Assembly: GCF_026210795.1 (NCBI RefSeq)
Contig: NC_089432.1
Coordinates: 3,596,001 to 3,660,000, forward strand
Direction: 5' to 3'
Source of the DNA: Rhizophagus irregularis
Lineage: Eukaryota
DNA: 64,000 nucleotides
Position 1 is the first letter of the stretch, and every line of letters begins with the position of its first letter. Below, in pieces: positions 38,673-51,368 of the stretch. Position numbers and translations under genes: made by a program. The notes beneath the pieces are model-generated. The model saw only the letters and a program-made list of their open reading frames with translations. It did not search any database and was not told the origin of the DNA.

Positions 38673-41600
38673 AAAAAAAAATCAACAACCAACGTTTCAC
38701 GAATTCAATTACTAAAAAATAAAAATACATATTTCACGAAAAGAAAAAAAAAATCGTTTTTTCTTTAAATCCATATTGCTGGGACGATATGGGAATTTTT
38801 TTTTTTAAAAAAAAGCATCAAAAATTTTCGAACATTTTCATTTCGTTTTTTATATTACATTATTTTAGATAGAAAGGCCAGGTCGGAAAAGGGATTTAAA
38901 AAAAAAAAACAATTTCTAAAATCAAAAAAATATTATATATATTACCCTCCCGAATTAGTTTTAATATTTAATTTAAATTTTTTAATAAGCTCAAAAAAAA
39001 TTATGATTAATAATTTATTGCATATCCCTTTTTTATATTACGCCGATTACAAAATATATTATTTTATATATTTATAAATCCCCCTCCCATCTGTAAGATA
39101 TTCTCACATTATAAATTCATTACCCCCAAAAAAGAGATTATATGCCAAAAAAAAAAACAAAAAAAAAAATCCCCTTTCATGACAATTTCCCGCGTTTTTT
39201 CTCTTTTTTTTTCATTTTTCATATTATTTTAAAAAAATCATTAATACGTTATTTTTTTCGATGAGATTTTTTTTTTAATTTCATATCGTTTTATTTTCAT
39301 TGGTCGATCGGAATTTTTTTTTCTTTCTTTTTTTTCCTCTTTAAGGATGCTTGAATACAAGGTCGTTTCTTTCAAGTACGAAATACATATTTAAAAAGTA
39401 TTTGCCCATAAAGGGTAAATAAATATATGCAATTTCGCGTACCTATTCTAATTTCAAAATTGATATAGGTTTTGATGACAAAAAAAATAATTTCGTCGTA
39501 TTTTATTTAATTTTCGCAAAAATATTAACTTGTCATCACCCTATAATCATATAATCCATATAATCATTCCTCGTAATCATATAATTTTTTTTTTTCAAAT
39601 AATCGATCTAAGCATTTTTTTAAAGAGGAAAAAAAAAAAAATTTATTAGAGAAAAATTTCTTTCGTTACCATATAATCACTATTATAGACAATAATTTAA
39701 AAAAAAAAATTCAAAAACCTTTGTATATCTCTCTTCTTTATATAGACATGTGCAAGAAAAAAAAGGGTTTAACACCAAAAACAAAAGTATTATAGATACA
39801 TTACGAAATACAAATGTAGTAAACTCCGATCAAAAAAAAAAAAGATGATAATATTTATAGAAATTAATTTACACGACAAAAAAAAAAAAGGTTCGTAAAC
39901 TAATGAATTGGCAATAATAAAAAAACAAAATTGGTTGAATGGCACCTAAATAAAATTAATTTAAAATTTTGTATTATTAAAAAAAAATTGCTAAAAATGT
40001 AAAAATGTTTGATAAAAAAAAACGCGTATTACCAAGTTCAGCCACTGAGGCACTGAGGCACTGAGGTCACATGATTTTTCGATCAATGCAACCATTATTC
40101 TTTTCGAAACATTTAAAAAACAAAAAGAAAAAAAAAAAATTTACCATTTTGAGTTATTATGATTTCCTCATTATTAGTTGTCATATTATAAATTAATACA
40201 TAAATGGAATTTATACGTTTCTTTCATTTCTTTGTCATTCTCTCCCCAAATATTATTCGGACTGGATAAGATTTTGATGGATTGGCGCATGCGCGTACAC
40301 ACATGGCGCAATATAAAAAGTCAACAAAACAAAGAGACTGTACCTCATAACCCAATTTTGTGTTTATTGAATATATCATCATTTTTAATATATTCAAAAC
40401 TTTGACGCATAACAAAGAAACAACAGCACAAAAAAAAAAAAAAATTTTTTTTTTTTCTTGCATTTTGAAAGCTATTAACCAGATTTAAGAATTATTTATT
40501 AAATAAAAAGTAAATTACAAATTTTTTTGTTTTTTTATTTTTAATTTCCTAAGATAATCGTAAAGTTTTTTTGAAAGTTACAATCAAGGCGTTTTTAGTT
40601 TTTTTTTTTTATTATTGTCACAACTTTTGGCGTTTTGTTTGACCCGGCTAAAATTACTTCATTATTGTTTGTTGTTTATTGTAAATAAAGTCCGTGCCAA
40701 CTTAAAAAGATATTTTATTAAATATAAAAAAACTTTTTTTTTCCAATTTTTTGGTTTAACTAAAATTCAAAATTTCCGATACTTTGGCTTTAATTGCACA
40801 AATTTGGTGGGAAATTGATGTCACTATTAATAAAAGAGTTTTCAGTTTTTGGGTTTATGAGAACAATGAAATTCTTTTTTGCATAAACACATAAACAAAA
40901 AAAAAATGATTTTTTTTTTTATTGGCGTTAATTTCTCATTTATTGCTTAATCACACATTAAAAAAAAAAAAAAAAATATCTGAATAATGATAATCTGATA
41001 TATTTAAAATCTAAAATTAGAAATTTTCAATGCTTCCAATACGCAGGGCTTGTTGATAACTTTCGTCCACATATGTAAAGCCTGCAACGTAAAGCTTGTG
41101 ATGTAAACAGGCAAAATAACAATTCGCATCATTCTTCTAAATAAGCAATTGTACTGGTAATGTTCTTATATAATAGACAAAAATATTTACCCCAACCGAT
41201 GCAAATATAAAAAAAAAAATTTTTTAATACATACTTTTTTCCTGCAAAGCTGCACTGCACATATTTTTTGTAAGTAATTCTTTAGAATATTGTAAAATAT
41301 GTTGCAAAGGTAAAAAGTTCAAATTATTGTAAAATTACAAAATAAAATATACGGCATTACTGTGTTTTTTTAATTGATAATTCTCTTTTTTTTAAAAAAT
41401 TCTTAAAATTTTACAAATTTAAAATTATATAAAAGTTATATTTTATTCAGTTATTTTTATAAGATTCAAAAATAATTGAAAAGGTAAATAATGAAGTGCT
41501 GAATGATGTTAAACTGGACATAATTAGATAATAACTTTTTTACTTTATAATTAGGTGAAATTATAATAATTTGTAATTTTTATTGTTTTTATTAAACATT

Positions 41601-41820
41601 TTATTTAAGTAATTTTAAAAAACTGTAATATTATTATCAATAAAATCAATTTGATTTAAAGATTTTTAAGTTACTTTACTGAAGCTTTAAAAATTTTTAA
41701 AAGTGATATTAATTAATACTTGATCTATAATTATGAAAATATAGATTTGATATTTTTTATTATTTTTCTGTATCAATATTATAAAGGTATTAAATTTATA
41801 TTAATATATTTTTATAGATT

Positions 41821-42987
41821 AATTTTATATTCACCAGTGGTTAATTTAAAATTAATTCACCAGGGGTGAATTTACCTCAGGTGAAATTCACCAGTAATAT
41901 TATAATTTTAGTTTTATATTAATTTTGTTTATATTACGTTTTACAATTTCATACACGTAAATAAAAATTTTTTTATGAATTTTTTTAAACTGTAACTTTT
42001 TTTCCAAACATACTATTAAACCCATACAATTCAATTTCATAAATTAGAAATGAAATTTATAGAGAAATTTGTGTTTTTTATAACACTACTAGCTGTTTAA
42101 CTCCTAAAGTTTTATATTTTTTATTTAATAACTTTAGAGTGTAATTTCACTACTTTAGTCAAATGAAATCAATTTCTTTTATTAATTAAAAGTTGTTCAA
42201 CAGAGCCAAAACTACTTGTATATTAATTTCCATAGGTGTAGGTATAATATATGTGGAGAAACCAACATTTTTCATAATAGTACTAACTTTCAAATTTTTC
42301 TTTTTTCTGTTTATTAACTTTAGAGCATAATTTTACCACTTTAGTCAAATGAAATCAACTTTCTAATTAATTGAAAATTGTTCAGCAAGGTCGAAACTAC
42401 TTGTATATTAATTTTCATGGGTGTAGGTATAATACATATGGAGAAATCTACATTTTTCATAACGGTACTAACTTTCAAATTTTTCTTTTTCTGTTTATTA
42501 ACTTCAGCGCGTAATTTCACTACTTTAGTCAAATGATATCGACTTTCTAAATTAATTGAAAATTGTTCAGCAAGGTCGAAACTACTTATATATTAATTTT
42601 TGTGGGTATAGGTATAATACATATGGAGAAATCTACGTTTTTCATCATGGTACTAACTTTCAAATTTTTCTTTTTTCTATTTACTAACTTTAGAGCGTAA
42701 ATTCACCACTTTAGTCAAATGAAATTTACTTTCTTTATTAATTGAAAGTTGTTTAGCAGTATAAAATCTACTTAATACTTGTAAGATTTATCCATTTTTT
42801 ATAATAATACTAACTTATGAATTATTGTATAATATATTATTATATTTAAACTATATATTTTATATAAATATTTTTATTAATAAAATTATTATTTTTTTCA
42901 AAACAAAACAATTTAAATTTTAATAAATTATGTAATATAGGTAAACTTTACCTTGGGTGAATTTCACCACTAGTGAGCATTAAAATC
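41821..42987. mobile_element. Non-autonomous TIR element carrying an internal 185-bp tandem array
   Basis: Left end TCACCAGTGG...TTCACCAGGGGTGAATTTACC is the degenerate reverse complement of right end GGTAAACTTTACCTTGGGTGAATTTCACCACTAGTGA. TSD not resolved. Confidence 0.55.
42125..42775. repeat. ~185-bp tandem satellite, ~3.5 copies
   Basis: Anchor GTCAAATG recurs at 42158, 42344, 42528 and 42714 (periods 186, 184, 186) with alignable units. Confidence 0.9.
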
Positions 42988-43002
42988 ATTCTATTTTTAT
43001 TA

Positions 43003-43990
43003 TCCCTTAAACTATAAGCAATTGCGGGCAAATTTGCTTGCAATTTTACCAAAATTTCAGCTCTCATCTAATTTTATGAAAAATAAAGCAATTTTAATAA
43101 AATTTTTTTCCAAAATAGTTTAAATTATATATTGTGTAGCAATTATTATCATTTATTAATTATATATTAGGAAATCGAAAATTACCTATTAGTCAAAAGT
43201 TGTATTTTAAGATAATCATAAAATTTTAAAAAACTTTGCACTTAATAACTTTGATGATTTCATTGATAATTAATTGTAGCTATATAAAAGCTTAATAGAA
43301 TATGTAGAATTTGGTATGAGAAACAACTTTTGTTAATATGATTTTTTGATGTTTAAAAGTAGGATTTTGACTTTATATAACCTATGAAAATTTTATTATA
43401 CATTTTAATTATATACAGGATAATCCGCTTACTTATAATAAAAGTCACTGTAGAAAATTGGCCATTTACTAATAGTTTTTACCTTACTTTTTTCTTAAAT
43501 TCTATTGGTTAATTAGCTAAAAAGGAAAAAAATCATAATGATAACATAAAATTTCCTTTTATAGTAGGATCTGCAAAGAATTTTATATATGATTTTTACC
43601 TTAAGCCTAGGGGTGACCTATCTTATAAGTAAGCAGGGTTCTTTATATACTCATAAAAATTAATTTTTTTTTTTCTATTTTGTATATTATAATGCAAAAT
43701 TTTTATAATGAAAATAAAAAGTTATAATAAATATTCAAATAGAGAAAAAAATATGATAAGAAAGTTAAGATTTTACTATATAAAAATTCTGATACTATTT
43801 TTGTAGATTAATTTCTCATCCAATTTTAATGATCAACCACATATCTAACTCATAATTTATGGCCAGAATGTAGATCAATTTGGCTGCAAAATTATGTGAT
43901 GATCTGGCCAAAATTAAAGAATTTTTTATAGTGTCATTTATCCTAATTTAGAAATTGCGGGTAAATTTGCCCGCAATACAGTTTAAAGGA
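43003..43990. mobile_element. ~1-kb non-autonomous TIR element flanked by TA
   Basis: Left TCCCTTAAACTAT..ATTGCGGGCAAATTTGC versus right GTAAATTTGCCCGCAATACAGTTTAAAGGA (inverted). TA on both sides. Confidence 0.7.
43416..43645. mobile_element. Nested Tc1/pogo-like MITE
   Basis: Inverted ends CAGGATAATCCGCTTACTTATAA / TTATAAGTAAGCAGGGTTCT in TA context. A related end recurs at ~44972. Confidence 0.55.
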
Positions 43991-45281
43991 TAGCTAGAAT
44001 CTATTATAATATTAATTTAATTTGAATCAAAAATAAAAAATAACTTAAAAGTAAAGTATTCATTAACCTTAAATGATTTATAATATAGTAAATATCCAAG
44101 AAAAAATACCTGTAATACTATAAATATATACCTCTTAAGATCAGAAAAAAATATACAATTACAAATGATATGTATTTATAAAGAATAAATAATCAGAAGT
44201 TATATAATTTAATCAAATATAGTACTTTTTATAAGCCATTTCAAGCTAAACAAGTTTTATTTAAAAGAGCAAACTTTTACAAACTTTTGCTGAATTCTAT
44301 TAGCTAAAATTATAATTAATTAATTAATTAATAAGGTTTAATAAGATTTGCAAAGCTTGAACTTTTTTAAGTAACTTAAAATAGTTCATGAAAAGTACTA
44401 ATCAAATATTAATTTAATTGATATTTGATTATTAAAATATAAAAATTTTCTGTTTATTTAGTAAATTAAGTAATCAATTAAAAAAAGTTACTAATTAAAT
44501 AAGTATTTAATTAGTTAGTATTTTACTTGTATTTTTTACTTTATTTTTATTTTCATTTTTTATTGTCAAATATTTTACCATTTATTATATAACCTTTTTC
44601 TTATTTCTATATTTAGTGTTTAAAATCAAATATATTTGAGTATTCATTAAAATTTATAAAATATATTTAAATAATATATTTTTTTTTTTTACTGCAGTGC
44701 ATATAATTCTTTATTAAGATTTATGCAGTGAAAGACAAATTTTAATACAATACATATAAAACAAGTCAAAAATCCCAAATAAACACTAAAAATTAAATAA
44801 TCTGGTAACTCATAACAGAATAACCATGTGTACACTATCAGTGAATGACTTAAGCTAGGGGAGTAAGTATACTTTAGAGGCATACTTTCTTAGAGGAATT
44901 CCTTCCTTCTGATCTACACCATGAGTGCCCTTAAAGACTTATTGCTACTGCAGATAAAACCTGATCTCAAACAGGATCCCGCTTACTTTTAATATAGGTG
45001 TCCAAAAATCTGTGGTAAAATTCATAGTAAAATTTAATTTTAGGTCTCTTAATAGTTAAGGTAAAATTATATATATAATAAATAAAGGTCTCCAGATATG
45101 TAAGGTAAAGTTAAAATAGGTTTCCGGTTTATAAGGTAAAATCAATTAATAATTTGTATAGGTTTTAGTATATAATAAGGTAAAATTAATTATAGATTAT
45201 ATTATAAATTAGATTCTTAATTTTATAAATAAATATAACACAAAAATTTACCTCTTAATTGTAATAAATAACATGTAATAA

Positions 45282-45509
45282 TTTAGACGTGACGGTGTAA
45301 TGAAGTTATAAAAAGAATTAGACGTGTCAGTGTAACAAAATTATAAAAAGAAGACGTGACGGTGTAATGAAATTACAATAAGATTTAGACGTAACGGTAT
45401 AATAAAATTACAATAAGATTTAGACGTGACAGTGTAACAAATTTAAATATTAAAATATGAACAAATTTAGATAAAATAGAAATTATTTTAGACGTGATAG
45501 TGTAATGAC
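45282..45509. repeat. ~35-bp minisatellite (TTTAGACGTGACGGTGTAATGAAATTACAATAAGA-like), ~6 copies
   Basis: The AGACGTGACGGTGTAA core recurs six times, five of them at ~33-36-bp spacing. Confidence 0.85.
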
Positions 45510-45539
45510 AAAAATTTACATAAAGAACTTTAGAATAAA

Positions 45540-45656
45540 AGGGTGGTGGTGGAATAAAGGTGGAGAAAATTATAAGTCAGGGTAGTGGTGAGGTAAGGGT
45601 AGAGAAAATTATAAATCAGGGTGGTGGTGGGGTAAGGGTGGAGAAAATTATAAGTC
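45540..45656. repeat. 39-bp G-rich minisatellite, 3 copies
   Basis: AGGGTGGTGGTGGGGTAAGGGTGGAGAAAATTATAAGTC-like unit repeated three times in tandem. Confidence 0.85.
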
Positions 45657-45930
45657 CATAAATTTTTTTAAAAATTTTGTAATTTCTCAGTATTATTTTT
45701 ATATTAAATAACTAATTTTACTTCATTTTAGCATAGAAAATCTTTTAATAATTTTTTAATTAATTAATAAAATTTATTAATCCTTATCTCAGTCAATATT
45801 AAACCTAGAAAGATGATTTTACTACCATTAGAATTGTCTTAATGAGATGATTCTAATGGTATAAAATTTATCAAAATCAGATTACTGGATTTTGTTTAAT
45901 TTGATTCGGTGACTCAGAATCACTTTTTTG

Positions 45931-46308
45931 TTTACAACTTCAGAGCGTGTTTACACCACTTCGGTCAAATGAAATTGACTTTCTAAATTAATTGAAAGTT
46001 GTTTGATAAGGTCGAAACTACTTATATATTAATTTTCATGAGTGTGGATATAATACTTATGGAGAAATGTGCATTTTTCATAATGGTACTAACTTCTGAA
46101 TTTTTCATTTCTCTGTTTATAACTTCAGAGCGTAATTACACCCCTTTGGTCAAATGAAATTGACCTTCTAAATTAATTGAAAATTGTTCAGCAAGATCGA
46201 AACTACCTACTTATTAATATTTATGGATATAAGTATAATACTTATGGAGAAATTTACATTTTATGTAATAGTATTAATTTCAAATTTTTCTTTTACTGTT
46301 TATTAACT
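45931..46308. repeat. Second array of the ~185-bp satellite, 2 copies
   Basis: Same unit as 42125-42775 in the same orientation. GTCAAATG at 45964 and 46149 (period 185). Confidence 0.85.
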
Positions 46309-46862
46309 TTATTAATTGAATATTATTAATCTACTTGTATATTATGTTTAGTTTAGCTTCACAATGTATTGATCATATTTAAAATTGGATTTAATAAAAT
46401 ATATTTAATTAATAAATATATTTTATAAATTATATGTGTTATAATAAAAATTTAATTAGGTTAAAAGATTGATTTGCTTATTTTTATATAATTTTTAAAG
46501 TTAGATATTAACAATGCTTAGCGATCATAGTAAAAACCTATGCTTAGAGCTACTAATAAAAAATATTTTATGGGATCTTACCTATATAAGTATTTTCCAG
46601 GGTTCTTATATACCTCTTTCTGGTCTTTTTTCTTAGAAGTGAAAGTTTCATGTTCAATGGTTCCAATTTCACTTTCCGAAATTGTTGAGTGGTTAATGTT
46701 AATTGAAAGGACATTCGTTTTGCCTGACATATGCTCTTTATCCCAGTTTTTAGCGATTTTCTGATCATTACCTTAGTACAAACGATTGGAAAATTAAAAA
46801 TATGTTCAACTACAATTTATCATCCATTTTTCAATTTTTTATTCAACTAGATAAGGTTGCTT

Positions 46863-47040
46863 GCCGAAACCTAGGGGTTTAAGCAAGATGGCATTTCGCC
46901 GAAAAGTGAAATTCTGCCAAAACTATATTAAAGTTGAAACTTTGGAGAAAGGTGAAACTGCCGAAACTTATTATAAATGCCGAAACTGCCAAAACTCTGC
47001 CGAAACTATAATAAATATATAGTAAAATTTTGACGAAACT
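46863..47040. repeat. GCCGAAAC subterminal-type repeat cluster (remnant of a DNA transposon end)
   Basis: Several GCCGAAA(C)/GCCAAAAC/GACGAAAC motifs in one orientation, similar to the motifs inside the hAT MITE at 48326. Confidence 0.5.
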
Positions 47041-47755
47041 AATCGTAGGATTTTGAAGAGGTTTAGACAAGTAACCTTACCACTAGATCAGCCAGTAGTC
47101 TTGAACATCAGGCAACCCAATAAGCCATCTGTGCTCCAGTACTGATTTTGTGACTCAGCCAATAACTTTGAATGACGACAACCCAGTAAGCTCCTGTCAC
47201 GTCACTTTTTTTCTACTTAAATTCAGTAAAAAACAATTTACTTGTCTCTCTATAGCCATCAAGAAGAACTCATGCTCTTTCCTTCTGAGCGCCTTTTTCA
47301 CAATCAAAAATGGTTTCAAGAGATTTTATGTAGAAATCAACTTTTAAATCAAATGGCTCAATGTTTGACTCGTCAAGAAACCCTAAGATACTCCATTTAA
47401 AAGAAGTACGATTGAAATAATTATTTTTAGACATAAGAGTGAAAAGATTATTTACAAAAGAGATTATTAATAGTATCAACAATATAGCTATAATTTTATA
47501 TCGTACTAATAATTGATTTGCACTTCGCAGATATATTTTGAAATCACGACTCTAATCTTTAACTTAATGCAAATATCCTGAAATGGACGAAACTTTATTT
47601 AGATACATAATTAATCAGAAAATGCTAGAGAGGCAAGTAAAATATATGATGTAACTGATATTATCAAAGAAGGAGGGAGTACGTGAATCCTAGACCATTT
47701 AATGCGAGTTCCAACATCAAGTTATTTTTTTGCTCTCAAATAATTTTTATAATTA

Positions 47756-47956
47756 CAGTTGACCCCCTATATAGTCACCCCCTGTATAATCACATCATAT
47801 AAAATTCCCCTTTATAAGCACGCACACCATATTTTGGCCCAATGTACTAATAAATATATTAGAAAAACCTCTTTTATAGTCACAACATATGACTTTTTTT
47901 ATAATTACACCTTTTTTTTTAGTCTTGAGAGGTGTAACTATAAAGGGGGTTGACTG
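47756..47956. mobile_element. 201-bp pogo/Tigger-type MITE
   Basis: TIRs CAGTTGACCCCCTATATAGTCAC / GTAACTATAAAGGGGGTTGACTG with TA duplicated at both ends. Confidence 0.85.
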
Positions 47957-48325
47957 TAATTGTTTTATTTCTATCTTTATTATTAACTACGAGATTCTCA
48001 CCTTTATCTACACTAGATTTCAGAAATAAATTACCCACCCATATCTACAGAATTTTTGTCTATCTATAACACTATCATCTGTACAGACTATGTAAAAGAT
48101 CATTTCTCACAAGAGAACTTTTTTGAGATAAAGTAATTTTGAATCTACAGTATAAATTCAGAAGATTAGTACAAGGAATTGTTTGCTTAATTTTTCAGCA
48201 TTATTGCCAGAACAATAATATACAAAGTTTCAAGAATTTGGCACATGAAAATGCTTATAACAAAAAAATACTACATCAGACTTTTGCTGTGCAATTATAT
48301 ATAACGAGTTTAGCATACTCTATAT

Positions 48326-48715
48326 TAGAGATCCTGGGCGAAACTGAAATATTTAGTCATTTAACTAAACCAAAATAGTTTAGACATTTAAAATATAAAG
48401 ACGAAATGCCAAAATTCAATATTTCATAGTATTTCCATGGATTTTTATAGATTTCCATGGATTTTTAATTATAATAATTACTTATAAAAAAAAAAATAAT
48501 AAATTTATATTAAAATATAATATTTTTTAAAGGAATTTATAAAACTATTTTATGTATAATATAATTTAATATATTTTTATAATAAAATTATAATTTTATA
48601 TAAATAAAATTTGAATTAAAAAATATTACTATATAGTTTAGTCAATGATAAAACCGAAACTAGTTGGTGACGAAACCAAAATTTTTGGCAAAAAGAGTTT
48701 AGCCAGGTATCACTA
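48326..48715. mobile_element. 390-bp hAT-type MITE
   Basis: Perfect 8-bp TSD CTCTATAT (48318-48325 and 48716-48723). Imperfect TIRs TAGAGATCCTGGGCGAAACT / AGTTTAGCCAGGTATCACTA. Internal CGAAAC repeats. Confidence 0.8.
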
Positions 48716-49242
48716 CTCTATATTACATGTATCATGTGATACTAGATTACTAATTACTGTCATGGACTGCGATATAGCAAAAAAAAATTAAGTTTTTTTT
48801 TAGCAAAGCTTAATTTTTTTTTGCTTCATTCTTCCTTTCATTCTTCTTTCATTTTTCTCTTCATTCATTCTTTTCTTTTATTTTTCCATTACTCTTTTGT
48901 TCTTTCCTTTTCTTTTATTTCATTTTTCATTTTCCCATTTTCTTTCATAGTTTTATTTATTATTTCTGTAAAAACTCTGTAAAAATAAGTTTTTCACAGA
49001 TCCATTCATGGAAAAAAAATTTGATAAATTCTGTAATATAAAGTTATTAATTCTGAAAATATTAGCCTTTTACAGAAAAAAGATGAAATATTAACTTTTC
49101 CTTTTATTCTCCTCTTTACTTTCATTTTTTCATTATCCTTTTGTCCTATTTTTCTCTTTTACTTTTTCCTTTTACTTTTTTCTTTACTTTTTTCTTTACT
49201 TTTTTCTTTCACAGTCAAACCTCGATGTACTGATAACCAATT

Positions 49243-51069
49243 TATTTATTTATTTTATTTTATGCGAAGCAGGCAGGGGATATAACAAAGGGTATGATTC
49301 TGAAGTAATACAACCCAAATAGATCCTACCATCGATTTTCAGAAAAGCCAGAAGCCAACCCTAACTACTTGAAAATAAAAGACCTGTACCACTACCACGT
49401 CCGATAAAGGTCCAGGCAAACACCTGGGTAAAAAAAAAGAGGGGAAAGAAAGTGGAGAGGACAAGTCCTCTTTTCAAGAAATTCAGTACAAACGCATAAA
49501 TCTATTCTATCTTAAAAAATAATACAATTCTGAAAGTTGTAAAACCGCCAATAAAAGCGTAGGCTAAACTAGTTTCTGTAATAAAGTTAAAATCTCTGCT
49601 AAAACTACCGTGTTATCTTTATTACCACCCTTTTTCTTCGAGGAATTCTTTGCCTTCTTCTGAGTTTTCGGGTGTTTCTCCTCCTGGTTATTATTTTTCG
49701 GGACTTTCTTCGAGGATGTAAGTTTATCCTTCTTCTTAAGCTGATTACTATCCAAATTCTTATCAGACCTACCTGATTTTTTCAGATTCGGTGTATTTTT
49801 AGCCTTCGGTTTGTTTTGTGCTTTCTTCAAGGTAGGAATGAAGTGTCGACACCATTTCAACTCCTTACCATCAGGTACGAAAAACTGTGGCGTATTTAAG
49901 GCCCTTAGTGTGGTCTCCCAATTCTCGAAATAGACCACAAGTTTCCTCCTTCCTTTACTTGTTTGAATTACTTTAAATGAGCTAGCACCGCACTTCATTA
50001 AAAATTCACATGGTTTACGGTCCATTCACAAGGTAGCCATCGTCATATTCTCTGGAATGTCATGAATAACGGCTTGGAACTTTTCATGTTGTTTTCTTTC
50101 TCGTAAAGTCCAACTTGCAGAAAACCATCTAACGGGTATACCTCCCAGGTCTGTCGTCCAATATTTATTAAACTGGGGAAGGGCAAATGAGGATAGTGCT
50201 ATCTTGACTCGAAGAGTCTGATACTTGTGTTGACGTTTAACGGAACACTTGATAGTATTACCCCAAAATTTTAACTCTGCTATTATTTTCTGCAGGTTCC
50301 AGGTATACGGGATATCGTAAACTATAATGTCTCAGATTTGCTCTTGCTCCTCTCCGACAGCTTTGTATCCTGTCAGTATCTGTGTAGCCTCTGGTTCGGA
50401 TGATTTCTTTCCCTTATGGGAATTTTTGGCTGATGTTATCACATCAGGTTTTGCCTTTGTTGATTGGTTCGCGACTTGTTTATTATCTGTAACACGCGCC
50501 TTTTGTTTATCTTTCTTCCAGGAGTTTTCGGGTATTACAGTTTGATCAACATGGGGCATTACTATATCAGGCATTGATGGAAGCTTGATAGGTACTGGAT
50601 TTGGTGGCATTTGAAATTCTTGGCGTAAAAGTTCATCTACATCGGGCTCAAGCGGATATGACTTATCCATCAGATAATCATCAGTATTCTGAGATCCATC
50701 GTCATCGTCATCATCATCATCACCCGTATCGCCAAAATTGTAATAGAATTGGGTAGAAAAATTATCCCAAGACTTGGACGCAGCATATAGCGCTATAGAA
50801 AATATTAGCAAAAGGGTGGTGGGTTGTATGTTCATAGCTTGAGCTTGTGAAGTGAAGTTCGCAGGGTTGGCTGTTTCGCCAAACCGCTCTATCAGTATCC
50901 GGGCTTTATCCTTAGGTACTGAGGGGTTTTTTTCAAATAAGTCCTTGAGGAAACCGTCCTGTACAAAAGAATTTAAGTTGTATGTAAAAGTTTGAAAATA
51001 AATTTCGTTAAACTTAGAAACGAAGTCTAAAGCTTCTTCGTTTGGTGTTCGGCTCTTATCCATAGACAT
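49243..51069 (-). mobile_element. ORF1-only LINE-like element, copy 1 (501-codon frame with two in-frame stops, 3' UTR, (AAAT)n tail)
   Basis: ORFs 50332-51069 and 49564-50025 lie in one frame, bridged by DIIVYDIPYTW...WTTDLGGIPVRWF...KFQAVIHDIP (two RRM-like blocks) and followed by a Lys-rich tail. Ends in an A-rich tail at ~49243-49262. The retroelement ORF1 assignment is inferred. Confidence 0.55.
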
Positions 51070-51368
51070 TTTTATATTTTATGTAATAAAATTTAATAAA
51101 GGAAATTATTTTTTAAAAAAAATTATTACGCAGTTTTTTCATCCTATATACCAATAATCCCCTTTGCTCTTTATAGTAATGCATAATAACTTGTACTGAT
51201 AAATCACATGACAACTTATAATTTAACACCTTTTTGCATGTAAAATATGCTTTTTTCTCCCTATAAGACAGGAAAAAACTCTTTCTCTTTTTCATTTTTA
51301 CAAAAAATTCTGCAAAAATTTTTTTAATTTTTTTTCACTTTATTTAAAATTTTTTACATAAAATAAAA

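Noticed and set aside
42341..42532. 63-aa ORF matching one satellite unit, suggesting a repeat protein
   Set aside because: Unit lengths of 184-186 bp break the frame between copies, so there is no continuous reading frame.
44691..44953. Possible MITE with CTGCAGT-based ends
   Set aside because: The inverted match is short and partly self-palindromic, and no TSD could be read.
45282..45509. Regularly spaced ~35-bp repeats resembling a CRISPR array
   Set aside because: The intervening sequences are similar to each other rather than unique spacers, there are no cas genes, and the context is eukaryotic. It is a minisatellite.
48776..48825. A/T hairpin followed by a pyrimidine tract, resembling an intrinsic terminator
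   Set aside because: Low-complexity stem in eukaryotic repeat DNA, with no upstream transcription unit.
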